IMG/VR virus record: IMGVR_UViG_3300034061_001224
Coordinates: 684 to 64,683 of that record
Direction: 5' to 3' (one strand)
DNA: 64,000 nucleotides
Origin: a virus
Taxonomy: Duplodnaviria > Caudoviricetes
A model generated the notes under the pieces. It was not told the origin of the DNA, made no database searches, and saw nothing but the letters and a program-made list of their open reading frames with translations. Positions 48,128 to 57,600 of this stretch are shown here, one piece after another. Each line of letters begins with the position of its first letter. Positions within the stretch are counted from its first letter, which is position 1. The translations under genes and the position numbers were made by a program.

Positions 48128-48870
48128 AACCATCAAGTGAATACCACTACGACCACGTTTCCGCACTCCGACCTGTCCTTCTGTTACATTTCTAAGCTGC
48201 CTATGCGGCAGCACCTATGTGTTACAGGCAGTGGTATTCCTTCATAGTGCTTGTCTTTCCAAGCTGTCACCTATCGCGTGTAACTAAAGAACCTCGAGTA
48301 GGCAGGCCGTGTTTAGTTGATGGTAGCCGCTTCGCAGCTCTTACCTACACTTGGGTAGACCATCACGGCTGGCGACTATTCCGGTGCTAATCGACTCTCA
48401 TGGTGTTCGTCTAGCTTACTAACCAATTCCTAGTGTCCGGTGCTTACGTTGTCTATAATCGCCATGCGTGATGGTGCTGGCCTTTAACATCGCCAGCGCG
48501 GATGTGATTATGCTCGGAATTGCTAAACCAACATAACCAAACACCAATCTTTGCCCAGAGGGTCTTTACTGCTCACCTTTTAACTCGCAGGATGAGGACT
48601 GCGTGGTGTTATTTTCAAGCTCAAGAACACTAATAGTCTGATGGCTACTAGACAGAATCTCAGTAGTCGAGCCACATCGTTCACCATTATAGCTGGTTAC
48701 GTTGTCCAGCGGCTAAATCTCTGACAGTTTAGCCCGTTAATACAACCGCCATCGTGTGCATGGAAATCATTTAAAAAACCATACGAGGAGCAAGTTCACT
48801 ATGTAAGACTTGGATAGCTTTGTATTCTCGGATTTTGTAGGCCAATAACCGATAACCGCCTGATAACACC
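48128..48870 (-). ncRNA. candidate structured non-coding RNA region
   Basis: No ORF of 60 aa or more. Contains multiple nested stems (see findings). Strand inferred from the flanking genes. Confidence 0.45.
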
Positions 48871-48877
48871 CACAGGG

Positions 48878-50431
48878 CTAAAGCTCTAAAATATCTTTGT
48901 ATAAGTCCATAATAGAATCCAACATTTTGCCTTTCTGTTCAAGGGCTTTATAGAATCTCTCTTCAACCGGACTACCTGTTAAATGCACAACTGTACATGG
49001 TGCGTCTTGTCCTGCCCTATGGATCCTATCGTTAGCTTGAATATATGTTTCGTAGCTCGTTGTAGGATTCCACCAAACAATTGTATTGGCTGCCGTTAAT
49101 GTTACGCCATGACTGGCGCTTCGTGGCTGAATTATCAATACCCTTGGGTCAGGTGTAGTCTGGAACCTGTCAAAAATTTCTGTTCGTTTTGATACAGGCA
49201 CTTTACCGTTAATGTTGTCTACTGTCAAACCCTTTTTTGTTAAGTAGTCATTTATCATATCAATATTGTGTCTAAACGTAGCAAACACAATAACTTTCTT
49301 GCTGGACTCTTCGATAATTTCCTCAAGCACACTTAGCCTGCTGCTACAGTCAAACTCAATAACCTCTTTGTTATCCGCATAGACTGTGCCTGATGCAATT
49401 TGCAGGAGCTTGCCCAGATTAACCGCGGCATTAACCGCACTAATATCTTCCCCCGCTGCTTGGATTAGCATCTCTTCTTTCAGTAATTTGTAGTATTTCT
49501 TTTGTTGAGCCGTCATAAGTACATCACGCGTAATATAAGTGCGTGGTGGTAAATCTAAACACTCTTCTTTCGTAAACCTAATCGCAGGTTGTAGTAGCTT
49601 ATGTACATAGGCATTTGCCCCCGGCTTCGGGGTATATTTAAACCGCGTGATCTTGTACATAACCTCATCACGAAAGGCATTGAAGTATTTAGGTACTGAG
49701 TTAGGGTTCATCAGCTTGGCCAGCCCATACGCATCAAGTGGTGATTGAGACGCAGGAGATCCTGTTAAACCCCAAAGCCATGTATTAGCTGTTATGAGTT
49801 TATTCATCACTTTCCAGCGGGTAGTCTGAGGATTCTTGTAGGCGTTGTACTCATCTATGATAATCAAATCAAAGCCACCCTTAGCGATAGTATCAGCAAC
49901 GGTTTCTACCCCATCAAAGTTAATCACTACAATGTCTGCTCCACTGTTGATAATATCAATGCGCTTTGTTTTTGCCCCGTGTGCCACATCTACAGTTCTA
50001 TGCATAACACTCTTAAATGCATCACCACGCCATGCGGAACTCATAATGGATAGTGGGCAAACCACAAGAATGCGATTAATAATTCCATGTGTCATTAAGT
50101 AATCAGCAGCCCACAGGACACTACTTGTTTTGCCGCTGCCCATTTCGTTGAAACAATACGCGCGTTTATGTAACGTAAGAAACCCAGCTGTTTCCCGTTG
50201 GTGGTCATAGGGTTTATACAGCCCATGCCAAGGGTAGTCTTTCATAATGGGAGAGGGTATGTCTTTAATGCCGAGGTTTTTCAGCACCATACACTCTTCT
50301 AAACCCCAATGCACAACCACCTCAGATATATCACCTATCTGCCCTACTACTTTGCTTTTGGGTATAACTTCAGTAACCCTATCAGGTTTGCGCAGGCGCA
50401 GCTTGAGTGCTTTGTTATTTACGATTTCCAT
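48878..50431 (-). CDS. SNF2-family DEAD-like helicase
   Basis: EMGSGKT, IIDE, LTGSP, HGVTLT and QANDRIHRAGQ motifs. Confidence 0.9.
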   Translation of the reverse strand: MEIVNNKALKLRLRKPDRVTEVIPKSKVVGQIGDISEVVVHWGLEECMVLKNLGIKDIPSPIMKDYPWHGLYKPYDHQRETAGFLTLHKRAYCFNEMGSGKTSSVLWAADYLMTHGIINRILVVCPLSIMSSAWRGDAFKSVMHRTVDVAHGAKTKRIDIINSGADIVVINFDGVETVADTIAKGGFDLIIIDEYNAYKNPQTTRWKVMNKLITANTWLWGLTGSPASQSPLDAYGLAKLMNPNSVPKYFNAFRDEVMYKITRFKYTPKPGANAYVHKLLQPAIRFTKEECLDLPPRTYITRDVLMTAQQKKYYKLLKEEMLIQAAGEDISAVNAAVNLGKLLQIASGTVYADNKEVIEFDCSSRLSVLEEIIEESSKKVIVFATFRHNIDMINDYLTKKGLTVDNINGKVPVSKRTEIFDRFQTTPDPRVLIIQPRSASHGVTLTAANTIVWWNPTTSYETYIQANDRIHRAGQDAPCTVVHLTGSPVEERFYKALEQKGKMLDSIMDLYKDILEL

Positions 50432-50464
50432 ATTGCTCCAGTAACGCTGCTTAAGGCAGCGAAT

Positions 50465-50689
50465 CTAAACGGTTTCTTCTGTTATTTCTTCAAGTACATC
50501 AAACAAAGCAGGGCGGTTCAAACTCTTGTCAAAATACCAAGACCGAATAGCTTGTTTACAGATCTTTCTTTCTCGTTTGGCTATAAGCAAAGCTAACGTA
50601 ACAAAGCTATCGCTATGCCGTTCTATAATTGAATCAGGGATACCTGCTTCGTTAGCTAATCTAGTTACACCTCGTGTCGTTACACGCAT
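50465..50689 (-). CDS. hypothetical protein
   Basis: Coupled to the upstream gene (TAATG). Confidence 0.6.
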   Translation of the reverse strand: MRVTTRGVTRLANEAGIPDSIIERHSDSFVTLALLIAKRERKICKQAIRSWYFDKSLNRPALFDVLEEITEETV

Positions 50690-50967
50690 TATTTTTTCCG
50701 GTCATATGTGCGCTTAGGCTTGTGATCGCTGTCACGAGCATAGCTTTGGTTTTTCTTAGAATCCCCAACGAAGTAACCGTCTGAGTTAGACCCACCTTTA
50801 GACAATGCTTTAACATGACATACGTCTTTGCCTTTACGGGCAACACCTTTCTTATCTAAAGTTCGTCTTGCTCGTTGTCTTTCCATTCGTGCTTCGTGGG
50901 CACCGGGTCTTGCTTTTTCTAATTTTGTTTCGTGAGCGTAATCGCGGTTTTCTTTCTTGATAGGCAT
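50689..50967 (-). CDS. small basic HNH-like protein
   Basis: RQRARR..GKDVCHVKALSKGGSN..N, GGAG RBS. Confidence 0.6.
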   Translation of the reverse strand: MPIKKENRDYAHETKLEKARPGAHEARMERQRARRTLDKKGVARKGKDVCHVKALSKGGSNSDGYFVGDSKKNQSYARDSDHKPKRTYDRKK

Positions 50968-50978
50968 GGCAGCTCCAG

Positions 50979-51656
50979 TTATTGCTTCCCGTTATGAGGA
51001 CATGATAATACGTCACACCATTTCTTGCATAGCCCATTAGGTTTAGGGTTCCATACGTTAGTCTCGTATGATGCTTCTAGCTGTCTTAGTGGGGCATCAA
51101 GCTTTGCAAAAATATCAAATCGACGCTCAAAAGTGTAATCTTCTTTAACAAAGCTGTTACACACGACAAATAGCAATCCTGCTTTAATAGACTTAACTTC
51201 AGGATACATCAGGAATACAGCAGCAGCCATTAAAGCCAGCTGTTTAGTATCCGCATACTTCGCACTTTTGCCTGTTTTGTAGTCTAGGATACGTGCAGTA
51301 TCCCCATTAATAATAACAAGGTCAGCTACTCCTCTGAACCATACGTCTGGTGCAAAGAAATCACAGGCTTCTAATTTACCATCGCGTCTAGCGATGCCTA
51401 CTTTTAACTCACAATGCTTCTCACCGGGATAGGCATTAAGTTTATCTAGCAAAGGCTGAATAAATTTAAACTGGGTAGGGATGGGTTTACCATCCCTAAT
51501 GTATTCCTCAGCGGCAAGATGCAGATCTTTGCCATATATAGTGGCCTCAGAATCAGTAAACTTAACTTCTTTTGTAACCTTCTCACCTTCATATTTTTTA
51601 GGGCAAGTGATGTACGTTGAAATTGAGCTGTAGCTCCACGCTGGAATAGAAGACAT
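50979..51656 (-). CDS. PD-(D/E)XK (Cas4/RecB-like) exonuclease
   Basis: WSYSS..CP..G..H..RGVADL..DYKTGK..QL..C.WC....C. Confidence 0.85.
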   Translation of the reverse strand: MSSIPAWSYSSISTYITCPKKYEGEKVTKEVKFTDSEATIYGKDLHLAAEEYIRDGKPIPTQFKFIQPLLDKLNAYPGEKHCELKVGIARRDGKLEACDFFAPDVWFRGVADLVIINGDTARILDYKTGKSAKYADTKQLALMAAAVFLMYPEVKSIKAGLLFVVCNSFVKEDYTFERRFDIFAKLDAPLRQLEASYETNVWNPKPNGLCKKWCDVLSCPHNGKQ

Positions 51657-51668
51657 TGATACCCGTTC

Positions 51669-54503
51669 TTATTTAATTTTCCCCATTTTAAAATCCAAGC
51701 TAGGCCCGTAACCACCCTCTGCATCTAATGGAATATCTGGCATCCAAGCAGGGGGTATTCGTAACTGTTCAATCACAAAACGTAATACTGAATCAGCCTC
51801 ATTTTCAGGGGCTAATAGATACACTGCGTCATGGATCGTAAGCAGGATACGATGTTTCTTTTCAATGCGTAGCATGGCTTCTGCAATAATACATCTGGCC
51901 ATTGCTTGTGTCAGGCCTTGAAATACTTTGCTGCCATACAGTTTATCACGTTCGCGTCTATTTTTCAGAACCGACCATTCCATGCGTGGGCCTTTAGTAG
52001 TTTGAACTGCTGTTTGCTTTAAGTCTGGGTACCGCATATGCAGACCCGATGGCAACATCGCGCCTTCTGACCCATATACTTCAATGATATTGTCCCGTCC
52101 CATCCGCATATACTGATTATCACGTACTGCGTACAGTACCTGTTCACCTTGCTCCCATGTGTTTACTACGTGGGTGTACTCGTTTCGATATAGCTTAACC
52201 ATACGTTTAGCTTCCGCTTCACCTATATCAATTCCACTCATTTGTTTAGTCTGTTGTCGTAATTTGTTGTGTCCTGTCCCGTAGATTAAACTGAGCTGAC
52301 AATTTGAAACTAGCTTTCCACCCACAGTAAACCTGTGCCTAGGTCCAGCATTTAGTATGTCGTAGACTTTTCTAACCTTTCTTTTAGGTTGCGCCATCCC
52401 TTGCATTTGCTGTGCACGGAGTCCCAAGCTTGCGCTATTATCTGTTCCCCCGTTAACCCCATCCGTGTGTATTTGCATACTGTTGACGCCTGCACATAAG
52501 GATTTTCTTTCCACTGAGGCAGTGGTATTTGCACTCCCTTCCAACTCACATGTAAAGTATTCCGCCTGTTTGCTGTTTGCTCTTTCATCGAAGCAAATCT
52601 CAGATTTCCCGCTGCGTAATGCCCGTTGTTGTTTATCCGGTCTACTGTAAGATCTATCGAACAGCTTGGTAAAGTTTTCATATACAGCACACATTCCGCT
52701 ACTGAACCAAACATAAACTGAATACCACGGGCTCCATAATTTTTGTATCCTTTGTCCTTTGGATTGGTGCATCGTTGATGCATTGCATTCGCTCGTTTCT
52801 GCAGTCTTTGTGTTAGATTGTCTTCTACCAGTAGATGTTGAGCTTGTCCATGTCGTTGTGTCAATGCACAACTGTGGCATTGTTTGCTCTTCCCTGACAT
52901 TAAATTGTCCGAAGTTTGCCAAGCCTCTTTCCCACAAAGGCATCTCACCTGTATATGTGGTACTTGCCTCTTGCCTTTTCTGCATATATCTAGCGAGATT
53001 ATCTCCCATGAGTGAAATCTCTTGCCCTTCATCTCCGGTGATAACGATTTGATAACCTTTATTGGCGGCTTCTTGGAACTCGCAGGTTGAACCATCTGAT
53101 AAATATACGATATGGTCTGGTGTTGCTGTAAGGTGTTGGTATGTGATGACATCTCTTTCTCCTTGGAATATAAGCCCATCGTGGCTAACCCATTCTACCC
53201 CATCCCATACTTTATCATCTAATAAAACTGTTTCTATGGGTTTAAGCCCCTTATCAGTTAATACTAATTCACCCTCGGCTATACAAGTTTTACCCATAAA
53301 CCGCTGTGAATCGGTTACTTCGGTATACCCTATGTTATAAACCTGTGAGGCAAAGTCTTTATACAAATCAACACCCCGTCCCAGCGCTGCTACCTTATCC
53401 ATCTGGCCTCCAAATGCTAGGCCTAACCGTAATTCGATAGCTGATAAGTCAGCACCTACAATCACATAACCTTCAGGAGCGACAATTGCGCTTTTCAGTT
53501 TAGACTTGCGAGGAAGATTTTGTAGATTGACCGAATCCGTCGCACTCCACCTACCTGTTCTGGCTCCGTAATACAACAAAGGTACAGGTAATAAGCTACT
53601 TCTGTTGGGGCGTTCAGCAATTGCGATAAACCGCTGACTGCGGGTCTCTTCAAGTGTAGATTTAGTGCCCAGCCTAGCTGCAACAACCGCTTGTACCCTA
53701 GGGTCATCATGTTCAGCTAAAGCTTTAAATCCTTCATCAGTCTTGGCAAAGGCATAAGTCTCTACGCCTTTACTATTAAACTTCATCGGAGGTTCAACAC
53801 CAAACATATCAAGCACTGAAGCAAACTTCTGGTTAGACATTAAGTCTTCTTTACTGACCCCGCAGTCTATTAGCAACTGTTCTTTTTGCTGCTGTACATC
53901 TGCTAAGTGAGCTTCTAATACATCTCTATCTAATAACAGCTGCGGGTCGGTGTACATCCTAATGGTTATATCAATTAGCTTTAATTCTGCTGTTGTGAAC
54001 TTAGGACGCATTGCCATAAACAGTTTATACGTCAGCTCTACGTCATTGGTGCAATACCCAGCATATGCCTCGATTTCAGCTTCAGAGAAATCAGCTCTTC
54101 GCATACCAATAGCGTTATGTACTTCGATACCTTTCTTACCTAACTCATAATACTCGGCTAATGCAGCTAAACTACCACCTACTGATACTGCGTGTAACGC
54201 ACGTGCCATACTCAGAGTACATACAATTGCCTTAGGGTGAATACCGAATCGCCAACCAAGAATAGCACCATCAAACATGGCATTGTGAGCAACAACCATA
54301 CTATTAGCCCAATCAAACTGAGATAACCACTGCTTAGTAGCTTCAAAAGACCCAGTAAACCATTGGGTCTTCTCGTTATTTTTCTTTACAGCAATACCGA
54401 TAGCTTCAAAGCGAAAGTCATTTACATATGCTTCCGTAGTCATCTTAGACAACGAGTATTCTTTTGAGTAAAAAGATTCAAAGTCGAGTGTTAGAAGGTT
54501 CAT
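51669..54503 (-). CDS. polA: family A DNA polymerase, intein-containing
   Basis: Exo DFES/AHNAMFD, TGRWS..NLQNLP, motif A DLSAIELR, motif B R..GKT/CQLSLIYG, motif C TIHD. Start moved to 54503 (TGATG overlap). Confidence 0.93.
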   Translation of the reverse strand: MNLLTLDFESFYSKEYSLSKMTTEAYVNDFRFEAIGIAVKKNNEKTQWFTGSFEATKQWLSQFDWANSMVVAHNAMFDGAILGWRFGIHPKAIVCTLSMARALHAVSVGGSLAALAEYYELGKKGIEVHNAIGMRRADFSEAEIEAYAGYCTNDVELTYKLFMAMRPKFTTAELKLIDITIRMYTDPQLLLDRDVLEAHLADVQQQKEQLLIDCGVSKEDLMSNQKFASVLDMFGVEPPMKFNSKGVETYAFAKTDEGFKALAEHDDPRVQAVVAARLGTKSTLEETRSQRFIAIAERPNRSSLLPVPLLYYGARTGRWSATDSVNLQNLPRKSKLKSAIVAPEGYVIVGADLSAIELRLGLAFGGQMDKVAALGRGVDLYKDFASQVYNIGYTEVTDSQRFMGKTCIAEGELVLTDKGLKPIETVLLDDKVWDGVEWVSHDGLIFQGERDVITYQHLTATPDHIVYLSDGSTCEFQEAANKGYQIVITGDEGQEISLMGDNLARYMQKRQEASTTYTGEMPLWERGLANFGQFNVREEQTMPQLCIDTTTWTSSTSTGRRQSNTKTAETSECNASTMHQSKGQRIQKLWSPWYSVYVWFSSGMCAVYENFTKLFDRSYSRPDKQQRALRSGKSEICFDERANSKQAEYFTCELEGSANTTASVERKSLCAGVNSMQIHTDGVNGGTDNSASLGLRAQQMQGMAQPKRKVRKVYDILNAGPRHRFTVGGKLVSNCQLSLIYGTGHNKLRQQTKQMSGIDIGEAEAKRMVKLYRNEYTHVVNTWEQGEQVLYAVRDNQYMRMGRDNIIEVYGSEGAMLPSGLHMRYPDLKQTAVQTTKGPRMEWSVLKNRRERDKLYGSKVFQGLTQAMARCIIAEAMLRIEKKHRILLTIHDAVYLLAPENEADSVLRFVIEQLRIPPAWMPDIPLDAEGGYGPSLDFKMGKIK
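52302..53285 (-). mobile_element. intein in DNA polymerase motif B (328 aa)
   Basis: Starts CIAEGELVLTDKG, has TATPDH (block B) and VYDILNAGPRHRFTVGGKLVSN (blocks F/G), with +1 Cys. Removal restores RFMGKT-CQLSLIYG. Confidence 0.92.
52352..53152 (-). CDS. HNH homing endonuclease nested out of frame in the polymerase intein
   Basis: GKRFHSW..CLCG..CHSC..AMHQRCTNPKDKGYKNYGARGI..TVDRINNNGHYAAGNLRFA..NRR. AAGGAG RBS 6 nt before the ATG at 53152. Confidence 0.88.
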   Translation of the reverse strand: MSSHTNTLQQHQTISYIYQMVQPASSKKPPIKVIKSLSPEMKGKRFHSWEIISLDICRKGKRQVPHIQVRCLCGKEAWQTSDNLMSGKSKQCHSCALTQRHGQAQHLLVEDNLTQRLQKRANAMHQRCTNPKDKGYKNYGARGIQFMFGSVAECVLYMKTLPSCSIDLTVDRINNNGHYAAGNLRFASMKEQTANRRNTLHVSWKGVQIPLPQWKENPYVQASTVCKYTRMGLTGEQIIAQAWDSVHSKCKGWRNLKERLEKSTTY

Positions 54504-54748
54504 CAGAAATACCCCAAGGTATGAGCTGCCCACAATGCATTTGTGGTAATAAGCCCTGCAAACCAAAATCTTATAACCCTTCGCATCACTAAGATTTGCC
54601 CAACTGCTTGGCCTATTAAGTCTTTGTCCACCTCATCAATACAATTAGCAGACTCTCTGTAGCCTAACAAACACATAACTAATATGTGTGCTGGTATAGA
54701 TGGGTCGTACCCAAGAGGTATTGTTTTGAAACCATCAGTCTCTTTCAT
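54503..54748 (-). CDS. hypothetical protein
   Basis: Stop overlaps the polymerase start. Hydrophobic C-terminus. Confidence 0.6.
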   Translation of the reverse strand: MKETDGFKTIPLGYDPSIPAHILVMCLLGYRESANCIDEVDKDLIGQAVGQILVMRRVIRFWFAGLITTNALWAAHTLGYF

Positions 54749-54947
54749 CTTTTATCCCCTCTAAGTACTTATCTGCCATTTGTATTGCCACCTCTTCACT
54801 AATCAAAGCGGAAATATCTTCGCCTTTATGCCTAACCGCTTCTACCCAGCACTCCTCTGGGTTCCCCGGGTCTGACGAAGTCTGTGCCTCAGGTGCTTCA
54901 TAATAAAAGTCTACGTCTAGCTCAATACCTTCAAATACGAAATTCAT
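54735..54947 (-). CDS. small acidic hypothetical protein
   Basis: Overlap-coupled ORF with GGAG RBS. Confidence 0.6.
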   Translation of the reverse strand: MNFVFEGIELDVDFYYEAPEAQTSSDPGNPEECWVEAVRHKGEDISALISEEVAIQMADKYLEGIKDERD

Positions 54948-55239
54948 TTTTCATCTTCTCCAGAACTTGTTTAAGTTCATCTAAGTTATGCTCATTAACC
55001 ACTAGCGATATACCACCCGCTTCTTTTATTCGATTCAACTCCCTATCTTGGAGTGCCGTTGTTTTGCCTTTTCCTGCTTTAGCTTCTATACCTATAAACT
55101 TACCGTTTAAACACCCTATGAAGTCTGGAACACCTATCTTGGAGTACATCCCACCAATAGGCATAAAGTAATAAACACCATATTCTTTTAATAGCTTGGT
55201 TATCTTATCTTTAACCAAGCCCTCTGGCGTTTTCGCCAT
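54931..55239 (-). CDS. VRR-NUC / Holliday junction resolvase-like nuclease
   Basis: PEGLVK..GVPDFI..GIEAK..TALQ..GG. Confidence 0.85.
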   Translation of the reverse strand: MAKTPEGLVKDKITKLLKEYGVYYFMPIGGMYSKIGVPDFIGCLNGKFIGIEAKAGKGKTTALQDRELNRIKEAGGISLVVNEHNLDELKQVLEKMKNEFRI

Positions 55240-55400
55240 AATGCCTCCTCTTGGACTCTAATGTCCGTTCAGTATTTAGCACTCTTGCGCAAACGGTGTG
55301 GTATAGCTTGGTTGGATAGGCTGTTTCAAATTGTTCTCCACAGTACCCGCAAGTTTTAGTCGTCTTAGGTTTTAAGTTTTTCCTAAGCAGTAGTCGTGCT

Positions 55401-55997
55401 TCATAAGATAGAGGCATTGGGTTCACCAAAAATAATCGGCGCGATACTTTGCAGTTGCCGTTCAATCTCTGCAGCTACATCACGCACTTCTTTCTGTGCA
55501 TGTTTGGTATTTCTAAGTGCGATAAAGTCTTTCCATGCTTGGTAGTTACCAGCAACGTACAGCTCAGTTGCTTGTGCTTGGGGTAACCAGAACCGTGCAT
55601 CTTGTTTAGACATTCCGGAACCGCGCAATTCGTTGTACAGCTCTCTGGCTTCTTGTTCAAACAAAATAATAGAGTCTTTCGCATCACTATTTAATTTATC
55701 AAACCCCGGCGGTCTTATGAGTTCCGCATCAGATTCATCACAATAGCGACTAGATCGTACAAGATAATCAAGATGCTTACTACGAGTAAGTTGAGCGAGG
55801 CATACTCTACTAATACCTTCAACTTTAAATACGACATGACCAAAGCGTAAAACACTAAGATGTCCGACACTAATAATATGAGCCAATCGAGTATCATCAT
55901 TTCCTTCTCTCCCGTAGCATATTCCTGCCATACGACCCAAGTTTGACGGGTCTGTGTATTGTTCTAATGTAACTTTCATAAAATCCCTAAACTCCAT
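55401..55997 (-). CDS. thyX: flavin-dependent thymidylate synthase
   Basis: GHLSVL..ISRVCLAQLTR..SSRY..DARFWLPQ..F..LR..HAQKEVR. The canonical RHR appears as RSK. Confidence 0.85.
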   Translation of the reverse strand: MEFRDFMKVTLEQYTDPSNLGRMAGICYGREGNDDTRLAHIISVGHLSVLRFGHVVFKVEGISRVCLAQLTRSKHLDYLVRSSRYCDESDAELIRPPGFDKLNSDAKDSIILFEQEARELYNELRGSGMSKQDARFWLPQAQATELYVAGNYQAWKDFIALRNTKHAQKEVRDVAAEIERQLQSIAPIIFGEPNASIL

Positions 55998-56257
55998 CCA
56001 ATTAACTTACCAACGACTATCCCCATCAGGGCCATGATGATGAAAAACATCGCAGTAACTCTACCTCGTAGGTGTACAACTAATCTACGTTCCTCCCATT
56101 TCCTTTCTTGTTCATCTTTGTACATGTCGTACATTAGTTTCTCTTGCGCTTTGTAATCATCAAGTAGCTGTTTAGCCTCTTCATACCGAACAAACTCACC
56201 TTGCTCTGACTCTTTCATGCGCCAAAAATGTTTTGTGCTGTATCTTTGCATCACCAA
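55976..56257 (-). CDS. hypothetical protein with C-terminal transmembrane segment
   Basis: GGAGG RBS and GEFVRYEE motif. Confidence 0.6.
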   Translation of the reverse strand: MVMQRYSTKHFWRMKESEQGEFVRYEEAKQLLDDYKAQEKLMYDMYKDEQERKWEERRLVVHLRGRVTAMFFIIMALMGIVVGKLIGWSLGIL

Positions 56258-56420
56258 TCCTCCGTTCCAACCGTATGTTTATTGTTTGCTTGTATCCGTC
56301 TCTTCCAACTCAGATGAGATTCTCTGTTACTTACCATCGGTACAAATTTTCTGCGATTCAATCGCGCCTCTGATAGCACTATGCATAACGTGCTGTTGGT
56401 TATCCTGTATTCTTTTCTAA

Positions 56421-56627
56421 TCATTTGATCACTCCCAGCGTATGCAGTTCTCCAAGCTTTATTAAGAACAACGCTTGCTCTCTTGTCATGCGTGACGATC
56501 TCACCGCTAACGTATCGTTTTCATCGTAACCCAGTATGAGTACATCATTTAAGTTCATTTGCTTAGCATCATCTAATGCTTGCTCTACCGTGTAAGTAGT
56601 TGCTGCAGGTAGCTTAGTTACCTTCAT
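56421..56627 (-). CDS. small hypothetical protein
   Basis: AAGGAG RBS and VLILGYD..RSS motif. Confidence 0.65.
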   Translation of the reverse strand: MKVTKLPAATTYTVEQALDDAKQMNLNDVLILGYDENDTLAVRSSRMTREQALFLIKLGELHTLGVIK

Positions 56628-56710
56628 TCATTTTCTCCTTTAGCTTTGGCGATTGCATTTAAAACGACTGATAATGCGGTTTGTTTATGACCTCTAATAC
56701 TGTTTCTTTT

Positions 56711-57034
56711 CTAATCATTAATCGCCTCCGGTGGTGTGCAGGTATGTACCCAATCTGGGTTGCCTGATAATCGTTTTCCGCATCGTGGGCAGAAGTTAAA
56801 CCTTACCGCTTGCTTTTGGTCTGCTTGTCTTTGTATTCCCGCACCTTCAACATGCTCTCGAAGTTTGCTTTCTCGTTGTCGTCCATCGCTTTCGGCAGTA
56901 TGAACCCCTTCATCCAATTCGACCCTGTCTTCGGGGGCTTTTTTATTAAATATAGCTTCGTAATTTTCATCGAATCGTCTCTTGTTTGTTGGGCGTGGGG
57001 TGCTACCCTTGCCACCGTGTGTTTGACCTTTCAT
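56711..57034 (-). CDS. hypothetical protein
   Basis: GGKGSTPRP..FDENYEAIF N-terminus and NFCPRCGK..HTCTPP C-terminus. Confidence 0.55.
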   Translation of the reverse strand: MKGQTHGGKGSTPRPTNKRRFDENYEAIFNKKAPEDRVELDEGVHTAESDGRQRESKLREHVEGAGIQRQADQKQAVRFNFCPRCGKRLSGNPDWVHTCTPPEAIND

Positions 57035-57600
57035 CGTTTAAACTCCTCTATCTCTTCGTTGCTTAACGGGGTTACGTAGCGCCAATACAAAACTCCAATC
57101 CCAAATTCTAAATGTGTTTCATCAGGGCCAAACCATTTGCGTTCAACAATCTCGCGAACTGATGTAACGATTCTTAATTTTTTATTGCTATCACTTATGC
57201 TGTCGCTCACCCAACATAAGACGCCTTGCTTGGGTATATTTTTCCACCAAAGACTTTGCGTTTGCCCTTTCATCCCGTCATCGGCTTGCCTGTCAGAACT
57301 TTTCTGTAACCCCATTGGACAGCTACTTAACGCAAATGCATCAGTGAGCTGTGTGATTTTACTCTCCAGTCTATCAAACCGTTTATTCAATTCACTTGGT
57401 GATTCCTTGGGTTCATGGTTAATCAAGTAAGCTATGATCGCTCTAATTGTGGTTGTATGCTCGTCCAGCCAACCATACTTTCCTAAAAAGTCAGACAAAA
57501 CTTTTTCAGCACCCGCAATCAACTCTCTTTCAATAGGTCTGCTATATTCAGATAATTGTTTATGACCAGCATCGCTGCGTATCAATACATCGTTAACCAT
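57031..57600 (-). CDS. hypothetical protein
   Basis: Coupled ORF. Shares its C-terminal module with 58397..58693. Confidence 0.65.
   Translation of the reverse strand: MVNDVLIRSDAGHKQLSEYSRPIERELIAGAEKVLSDFLGKYGWLDEHTTTIRAIIAYLINHEPKESPSELNKRFDRLESKITQLTDAFALSSCPMGLQKSSDRQADDGMKGQTQSLWWKNIPKQGVLCWVSDSISDSNKKLRIVTSVREIVERKWFGPDETHLEFGIGVLYWRYVTPLSNEEIEEFKR

Noticed and set aside
48128-48870. tRNA cluster
   Set aside because: No GTTCRA T-loop with cloverleaf and acceptor stem found by eye on either strand.
50979-51656. Cas4-like gene as evidence of a CRISPR system
   Set aside because: No repeat-spacer array or other cas genes. This is the usual phage replication exonuclease.
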